DNA of 21,462 bases from Candidatus Nanohaloarchaea archaeon (GTDB taxonomy: Archaea; Nanohalarchaeota; Nanosalinia; Nanosalinales; Nanosalinaceae): contig JBEQAY010000017.1 in the NCBI GenBank assembly GCA_041640075.1, forward strand, positions 1-21,462, given 5' to 3'. A model generated the notes under the pieces. It saw nothing but the letters and a program-made list of their open reading frames with translations. It was not told where the DNA came from and did not search any database. Shown here in pieces: positions 16,348 through 21,462 of this stretch; positions within the stretch are counted from its first letter, which is position 1; each line of letters opens with the position of its first letter. The position numbers and the translations under genes are program-made.

Positions 16348-16391
16348 TTTATAAGAGTTCATTTATAAGTCGCTTATAAGGAGTTTAAATA
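16348..16391. promoter_or_regulatory. Array of four TATA-like boxes upstream of tbp
   Basis: TTTATAAG 16348, TTTATAAG 16362, CTTATAAG 16373, TTTAAATA 16384. Confidence 0.55.
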
Positions 16392-16434
16392 GTTCTTAAG
16401 TAGAATCCCAAAAACAATAAGGTGACAAACAAAA

Positions 16435-16986
16435 ATGGTTGAAGACGACGACATCGACATCCAGAACGTGGTTGCATCCGCAGAGTTCGATCAATCACTT
16501 CCTCTGGACAGAATCGCAATCTATCTAGAAAACACTGAGTATGAGCCTGAGCAGTTCCCGGGTCTGGTTTACAGGCTTGAGGAACCAAAGGCAGCAGCCC
16601 TCCTTTTCGGCTCCGGAAAGATCGTCTGCACAGGAACACAGAGCCCTGAACAGGCAAAAGAAGCGACTCACAAGATCATCGAGGAGCTTAAAGAAGCCGA
16701 CGTAGAGATCACGAACAAGCCGGAGATCACGGTACAGAACATCGTGGCTTCTTCCGAGCTTGACGCAACTCTGAACCTGAACAGGATTGCCTTCGAGCTT
16801 GTCGGAACAGAGTATGAGCCTGAGCAGTTCCCGGGTCTGGTTTACAGGCTTGAGGAACCAGAGGTTGTCTTCCTGCTCTTTAGCTCCGGAAATCTGGTAT
16901 GTACAGGTGGAAGGACATATGAGGACGTCAAGGAAGGTATCTCGAATCTCGAAAGAGATCTAGAAGAGATCGGAGCGATGAACTGA
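16435..16986 (+). CDS. tbp: TATA-box binding protein
   Basis: Two repeats of (I/V)QN(V/I)VAS...YEPEQFPGLVYRL..P....LLF.SG..VCTG; SD GGTGA. Confidence 0.98.
   Translation: MVEDDDIDIQNVVASAEFDQSLPLDRIAIYLENTEYEPEQFPGLVYRLEEPKAAALLFGSGKIVCTGTQSPEQAKEATHKIIEELKEADVEITNKPEITVQNIVASSELDATLNLNRIAFELVGTEYEPEQFPGLVYRLEEPEVVFLLFSSGNLVCTGGRTYEDVKEGISNLERDLEEIGAMN
16537..16860 (+). repeat. Perfect 51-bp direct repeat within tbp (16537-16587 and 16810-16860)
   Basis: GAGTATGAGCCTGAGCAGTTCCCGGGTCTGGTTTACAGGCTTGAGGAACCA occurs twice, 273 bp apart. Confidence 0.95.
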
Positions 16987-17172
16987 AAACCGTTTTTCTT
17001 CATTTATTTTTTATATTGGTGTAATCGCCCTAGCGTCAGAAACTCTTGAACAGAACAAATCATAAGAGATAATGCTGGTTCATTGAAGATAGGTATAAAG
17101 TCAAGGTTTCTAAAGTAAAATTTTCGTGAGCTGTGTGTGAAAAGAAACCGGTACAGGCGATAGATATTTAAC

Positions 17173-17193
17173 TGTTATTCAGAAGTAACAACA
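17173..17193. promoter_or_regulatory. Palindromic operator-like site TGTTATT-N7-AACAACA
   Basis: Between TATTTAA (17165-17171) and ATG 17196; 18/21 identical to 571-591. Confidence 0.55.
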
Positions 17194-17195
17194 AT

Positions 17196-18146
17196 ATGAG
17201 AATATTTAAGGATAAACCTAAAGATGATTACTTGCCTCCTCGAAGCTTTAGCTATGAGGAGTTTGGTATAGATCCTGAAAAGGCATTTAAACAAGCTATT
17301 GAGGAATTAGATAATCAGCCCTCTTTTAATTGGAGGAAAAAGAAAGGAGAGAGTCTGAGCCGTAAGTCTGCACAAATTCCAGATGAATTTAAAATTGCGC
17401 CTTCGCTTATGGGTTCAGTTCTAGGGGGAACTTTGGGTATTGCAGCGTGGGCTTTTGGTCCTGATTTTACTTCATCTCAGCTACAAGCAGCCTATGACAT
17501 CACTGTATCACAGGGCGGAATCATAGGCGGAGGAATAGCGGGATCTCTTTACAATCCTGTCCGGAAAAAATTTTATGAAAAACTAGGAGCAGCCCTAGAG
17601 GGTAATTCAGGATATACTCAGGTAAGAAGCGATGAAATAGATCAAATAAAGTCTAAACTTTCACCAAGTGATAGACATCATAATCTCTATGCTGCTGATT
17701 TTAATGGATACACTGAGATTCACGGTAGGGAAGGTATTGAAGAGATGATAGATACTCTATCAGAACAGTATCCAGAGGCTATGTGGTCTGTAGCGAGGGA
17801 GGAAGAGAACCCTTTCCAGGTCGTAGGTATGACTTTAGAAGAACAACCCGAAACAAGTTATGAAGAAGATGAATACGAGCAGAGAAGAAGGCTTGCAGAA
17901 GAAACTGTAGAGGCCTTAGGATCCGGTTCTGTGGATGAGATATTATCAACAGATAACGGAGTAGCTCCAAACTCTCCACGATATGAAGATAATAATTTTG
18001 ATGTAGTAATTGTCGACAGAAATCCTGAGCAAAGTTACGACCCAGAAGATAATTTTTTTGACTACTCAGATAACCTAAGCTCTCAGCCAGAACCAGCTGA
18101 GAAAAACGCGGAACATCAGAAAGAGCCTGAAGCTTTTGGGAATTAG
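17196..18146 (+). CDS. Hypothetical orphan protein with glycine-rich hydrophobic hairpin and acidic C-terminus
   Basis: 316-aa ORF, AT-richer codons; GSVLGGTLGIAAWAFG and GGIIGGGIAGSLY segments. Confidence 0.75.
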   Translation: MRIFKDKPKDDYLPPRSFSYEEFGIDPEKAFKQAIEELDNQPSFNWRKKKGESLSRKSAQIPDEFKIAPSLMGSVLGGTLGIAAWAFGPDFTSSQLQAAYDITVSQGGIIGGGIAGSLYNPVRKKFYEKLGAALEGNSGYTQVRSDEIDQIKSKLSPSDRHHNLYAADFNGYTEIHGREGIEEMIDTLSEQYPEAMWSVAREEENPFQVVGMTLEEQPETSYEEDEYEQRRRLAEETVEALGSGSVDEILSTDNGVAPNSPRYEDNNFDVVIVDRNPEQSYDPEDNFFDYSDNLSSQPEPAEKNAEHQKEPEAFGN

Positions 18147-18204
18147 ACTTGAAACGAATAAAATTATCCACAATCAGATTTCCTTTGTGGGTTTCAAGTC
18201 TTTT
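18145..18204 (+). terminator. Bulged long stem-loop plus T-run after the orphan gene
   Basis: AGACTTGAAAC (18145-18155)/GTTTCAAGTCT (18191-18201) perfect 11-bp inverted repeat; inner CCACAA/TTGTGG. Confidence 0.45.
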
Positions 18205-18291
18205 CTACAGCTTTTCACATTTCAAGTTAGTCTCTCATGAAAGCCATCAATGTTGAATTCTTTTTTGTTATTTACCTACCAATTATGCTTC

Positions 18292-20283
18292 ATGAAGTAC
18301 GGGGAGGCGGTCAGTGAATTCGAGGAGTATCTTTCTGAAAGATGTTACAACCAGATAGACAAGGCCGTACGTGAAGGAAAGGATTCTATAGTCATAGATT
18401 TCAAGGAGATGGACGCCTTCAACTTTGAACTCTCCGACTTTCTGAAAGAGAATCCTAACGACGGTATCGCAGCCGCAGAAGAAGGATTGAAGGGAGTCGA
18501 CCTGATAACAGACGAGGAACTAAGGGTCAGGTTCAGGAACATGCCGGAAGAGGACTTCGTCTACCTAAGGAATCTGAGATCAAAGCACCTTGGCCAGTTC
18601 ATACCTGTGGAAGGGATGATAAAAAGAGCGTCACAGGTAAAACCGGAGGTTGTTTCCGCCGAGTTCCAGTGCACGAACTGCGGAGAGATCGTAGAGAAAG
18701 AGCAGGACTCATCCAAACTAAAATCACCTTACAAATGCGAGTCATGTGGGTCACGGAAGTTTGAAGTCTACGAGAAAAACATGACTGATACCCAGATCGT
18801 GACAGTAGAGGAAAATCCGGAGTCACGTGAAGGATCAGAACAGCCACAGAATCTTTCAGTAAGACTTGAAGGAGACCTTGTCGACCCGGACTTCCAGAGA
18901 AAGATAATACCAGGAAACGTCGTCCACATCACAGGAGTCCTTAGAGAAAGGCCGATGAAGAAGGACTCGAAAAAATATGATATCTACATGGAGGCCAACA
19001 ACGTCGAACCAACAGAACAGGAGTTTGAACAGATAGAACTCGACGAAGAGGAGGAACAGGAGATAGAGGAGATGGCCAACGATCCAGAGATATTTGAAAA
19101 AATAACAGATTCTATAGCACCGTCAATCTTCGGCCACAGACAGGTTAAAAAAGCAATCGCCCTCCAGCTATTCGGAGGAGTGAAAAAAGGCAGAGAAGAC
19201 GGCGTCAAAAGCCGAGGAGACATACACATACTACTAATCGGAGAACCAGGAACAGGTAAATCCCAGCTACTCAAGTTTACTGGAGAGCTCGCACCAAAAG
19301 GAAGGTATGTAGTCGGAAAATCCTCTACAGGAGCGGGATTGACTGCATCTGTTGTAAAAGAGGAATCAACTGGAGAGTTCTCTCTTGAAGCGGGAGCCGT
19401 CGTCCTCGCCCACAAGGGCATGGCTGCTATTGACGAGATCGACAAGATGGCTGCAGAGGACCGTTCCAGCTTGCACGAAGCCATGGAACAGCAGCAGATT
19501 TCGGTGTCGAAGGCTAACATCCAGGCAACCCTGAATGCCGAAACCTCTATCCTTGCAGCAGGAAACCCGAAGCTTGGAAGATTCGATCCATACGAGCCAA
19601 TCCCACAGCAGATCAACATTGGAGACACATTGCTCTCCAGGTTCGACTTCATCTTCCCTGTAAAAGACGAGCCTGACGAGGAGAAAGACGCCAAGCTATC
19701 CAGCCAGGTCCTGAAAAATCATATTGACCCGGAGGAGACTGATGCAGAGATTGATCAGCAGACTCTGCGTAAATACATCGCCTATGCCCAGAGGATGAGG
19801 CCAGACCTGACACAGGAGGCAGCTGACAGGATACAGGAGTTCTACATCAGTATGCGTTCACGTGGAAGCGATGAGGAGAACGGGAACGTGCCTATCACCG
19901 CGAGACAGCTTGAAGCACTGGTCAGGATCGCAGAAGCATCTGCACGGGCAGAGTTGAAGGATGAAGTCACTGAGGAAGACGCTGAGAGAGCTATTGATAT
20001 CCTGACGTACTGCCTGGAGCAGGTTGGAGTAGATCCGGAGACAGGAGAGTTCGATGCAGATATCATCGAGTCAGGGGTTTCCAGCAGCCAGAGAAACAGA
20101 CTGCAGAGCGTTAAACATATAATCAACAATCTTGCCGGAGACGACGAAGCCGAGATAGAGGAAGTGCTTGAAAGAGCAGAGGAGGAAGGCTTTGACAGAG
20201 AGGAGGCCGAGGAAGTTATCGAGAGGTTGAAGCGTGATGGCGAACTTTACGAGCCGAAGCAGGGCTACATCCAGAAGATATAG
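18292..20283 (+). CDS. mcm: MCM replicative helicase
   Basis: Zn finger CTNC/CESC, Walker A GEPGTGKS, Walker B IDEIDKM, SRFD Arg finger, ITARQLE, C-terminal WH; start set to ATG 18292. Confidence 0.97.
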   Translation: MKYGEAVSEFEEYLSERCYNQIDKAVREGKDSIVIDFKEMDAFNFELSDFLKENPNDGIAAAEEGLKGVDLITDEELRVRFRNMPEEDFVYLRNLRSKHLGQFIPVEGMIKRASQVKPEVVSAEFQCTNCGEIVEKEQDSSKLKSPYKCESCGSRKFEVYEKNMTDTQIVTVEENPESREGSEQPQNLSVRLEGDLVDPDFQRKIIPGNVVHITGVLRERPMKKDSKKYDIYMEANNVEPTEQEFEQIELDEEEEQEIEEMANDPEIFEKITDSIAPSIFGHRQVKKAIALQLFGGVKKGREDGVKSRGDIHILLIGEPGTGKSQLLKFTGELAPKGRYVVGKSSTGAGLTASVVKEESTGEFSLEAGAVVLAHKGMAAIDEIDKMAAEDRSSLHEAMEQQQISVSKANIQATLNAETSILAAGNPKLGRFDPYEPIPQQINIGDTLLSRFDFIFPVKDEPDEEKDAKLSSQVLKNHIDPEETDAEIDQQTLRKYIAYAQRMRPDLTQEAADRIQEFYISMRSRGSDEENGNVPITARQLEALVRIAEASARAELKDEVTEEDAERAIDILTYCLEQVGVDPETGEFDADIIESGVSSSQRNRLQSVKHIINNLAGDDEAEIEEVLERAEEEGFDREEAEEVIERLKRDGELYEPKQGYIQKI

Positions 20284-20318
20284 AATTATAAACGAGAGAA
20301 CAGAATCTTGACTTACAG

Positions 20319-20750
20319 ATGCTTTCTTCCAGAAAAGGTATAACCCCGGTAGTCGCCATCGTACTCCTGATAGCTATCACAGTCGGTGCGGGAGGAACAA
20401 TTTATTCTATGGTAATCAACACCCAGGGATCAGTACAGAATCCGGAGGAGCAGCTCAACCTGAACCCGAGCAGTGTAGAGTTCGAAAGCTGCTGGGGAAC
20501 ACAGGCAGACCCGAACTTCAGCGTCCGGAACACAGGACCGGAAGCGATAAATGCATCTGAGATACCGGTAAGAGTAAACACAACATACCTCGACTACCCG
20601 GATGACTATCAGATACCGGAACCTATTGTAGATCCCCAGGCAACATTCACACTTGATGTGGACATCGCGGAAGATATGAATCAGGAATCACAGATAGGAC
20701 TGATAATAGAGGGGGAGGCCACCACATACCAGTGCAGGAACCTGAATTAA
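20319..20750 (+). CDS. Archaeal type IV pilin-like protein (class III signal peptide)
   Basis: RKG/ITPVVAIVLLIAITV prepilin peptidase cleavage motif. Confidence 0.88.
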   Translation: MLSSRKGITPVVAIVLLIAITVGAGGTIYSMVINTQGSVQNPEEQLNLNPSSVEFESCWGTQADPNFSVRNTGPEAINASEIPVRVNTTYLDYPDDYQIPEPIVDPQATFTLDVDIAEDMNQESQIGLIIEGEATTYQCRNLN

Positions 20751-20817
20751 ACTGAAATTCCTGCTGTAAACCCGGGAGTCCTAAAAGATTCTTAAGATTA
20801 AGAAACACGTCTTAAGT

Positions 20818-21462
20818 ATGCCCCAGCAAAGCAGACAGGTAGCGAAAATTTCCACGACAAAGGAACTTAACTCGGGAAAATACTTCCAGAGAGAAGGATT
20901 CGAACCAAACTTCCTCCTCACACCCAACGGAAGAAGACTTTCACGCGCAAGAATCGTCGCAACCATCGTAGACATGTTCCAGAACGACGACGAAACATAC
21001 GGAAGCATCACACTGGACGACGGACAGGACACGATACAGGTCAAGTTCTTCAACGAACTACAGGTAATGGACGACTTCAGAAACGGAGACATAATCGAAG
21101 TAGTCGGCAAAGTAAGAGAATACCAGGGTGAAATCTACCTCAATGGGGAAATACTGAACGCACAGGAACCAGAAAAAGAAATGCTCCACCAGCTCCGCCA
21201 CGCCAAGACACTGGAAGAATGGAAACAGATCCGGGAAACAGTCAAACAACTCAAGGAAAGCGGTAAAGACCAGGATGAAATAGAGAAGGAGATGGCGGGC
21301 AAACTGAACGAAAACGAAGTCGACGCAGTACTGCAGAGCTTCGGCGAGTCATTTGACCAGGCAGAAACAGAAGAAGACCGGGAAAACCTTGAAAGAGAAG
21401 TACTCGAAGCCGTCGAACAACTCGACGAAGGAGACGGCGCAGACTACTCAGAAATCCTCGAA
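20818..21462 (+). CDS. Replication protein A 32-kDa-like subunit (OB-fold), truncated by window end
   Basis: Manually translated: MPQQSRQVAKI...LSRARIVATIVD...SITLDDGQDTIQVKFF...GDIIEVVGKVREYQGEIYLNGE...start of C-terminal WH (VLEAVEQLDEGDGADYSEI); open to the window end, absent from the ORF track. Confidence 0.85.
   Translation, partial: MPQQSRQVAKISTTKELNSGKYFQREGFEPNFLLTPNGRRLSRARIVATIVDMFQNDDETYGSITLDDGQDTIQVKFFNELQVMDDFRNGDIIEVVGKVREYQGEIYLNGEILNAQEPEKEMLHQLRHAKTLEEWKQIRETVKQLKESGKDQDEIEKEMAGKLNENEVDAVLQSFGESFDQAETEEDRENLEREVLEAVEQLDEGDGADYSEILE

Noticed and set aside
18164..18172. Perfect bacterial DnaA box TTATCCACA upstream of mcm, suggesting an origin
   Set aside because: Single copy in an archaeal genome; no ORB-like repeats or orc1/cdc6 nearby; it forms part of a hairpin
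18250..18291. Longer N-termini in the ORF track for mcm (also histone 4448, adk 6573, rpl15e 14353, trmB 11171, tfb 2842, ORF 16362)
   Set aside because: The extensions run through promoter or upstream-gene sequence; downstream ATGs fit SD/TATA spacing and family N-termini
18292..20283. Intein in MCM or DNA ligase
   Set aside because: Lengths and motif spacing are normal; no intein motifs
836..21249. Many antisense or alternate-frame ORFs in the track (e.g. 1117-1533, 5806-6360, 18984-19694, 20781-21110)
   Set aside because: They fully overlap well-supported genes and are Ser/Phe/Leu-rich mirror images of Glu-rich, T-poor coding strands
1..21462. tRNA, rRNA, CRISPR array, transposase or integrase
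   Set aside because: No cloverleaf/T-arm motif in intergenic regions, no regularly spaced repeats and no recognisable mobile-element protein

Overview
Archaeal chromosomal window, most likely from a DPANN Nanohaloarchaeon. This is inferred from the strongly acidic proteins, moderate GC, very short intergenic regions and singlet histone. It is mostly core information-processing genes: tfb, nob1, histone, aIF5A, cca, adenylate kinase, elp3, sppA, a TrmB regulator, a nitroreductase-like gene, ATP-dependent DNA ligase, rpl15e-rnp3-rnp2, tbp, mcm, a type IV pilin and a 3'-truncated RPA32-like gene that the ORF track misses. Several orphan ORFs are interspersed. The most notable observations are: (1) a circularly permuted ATP-grasp-like protein with no room for a pre-ATP-grasp domain; (2) a 21-bp palindromic motif (TGTTRTT-N7-AACAACA) shared by the promoters of two unlinked orphan genes, suggesting an undescribed regulon; (3) a perfect 51-bp identity between the two halves of tbp, plus a tandem array of TATA boxes upstream of tbp; (4) a 17-codon ORF in frame with and abutting aIF5A; (5) structured RNA candidates around rpl15e. 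No tRNA, rRNA, CRISPR array or transposase was recognised.
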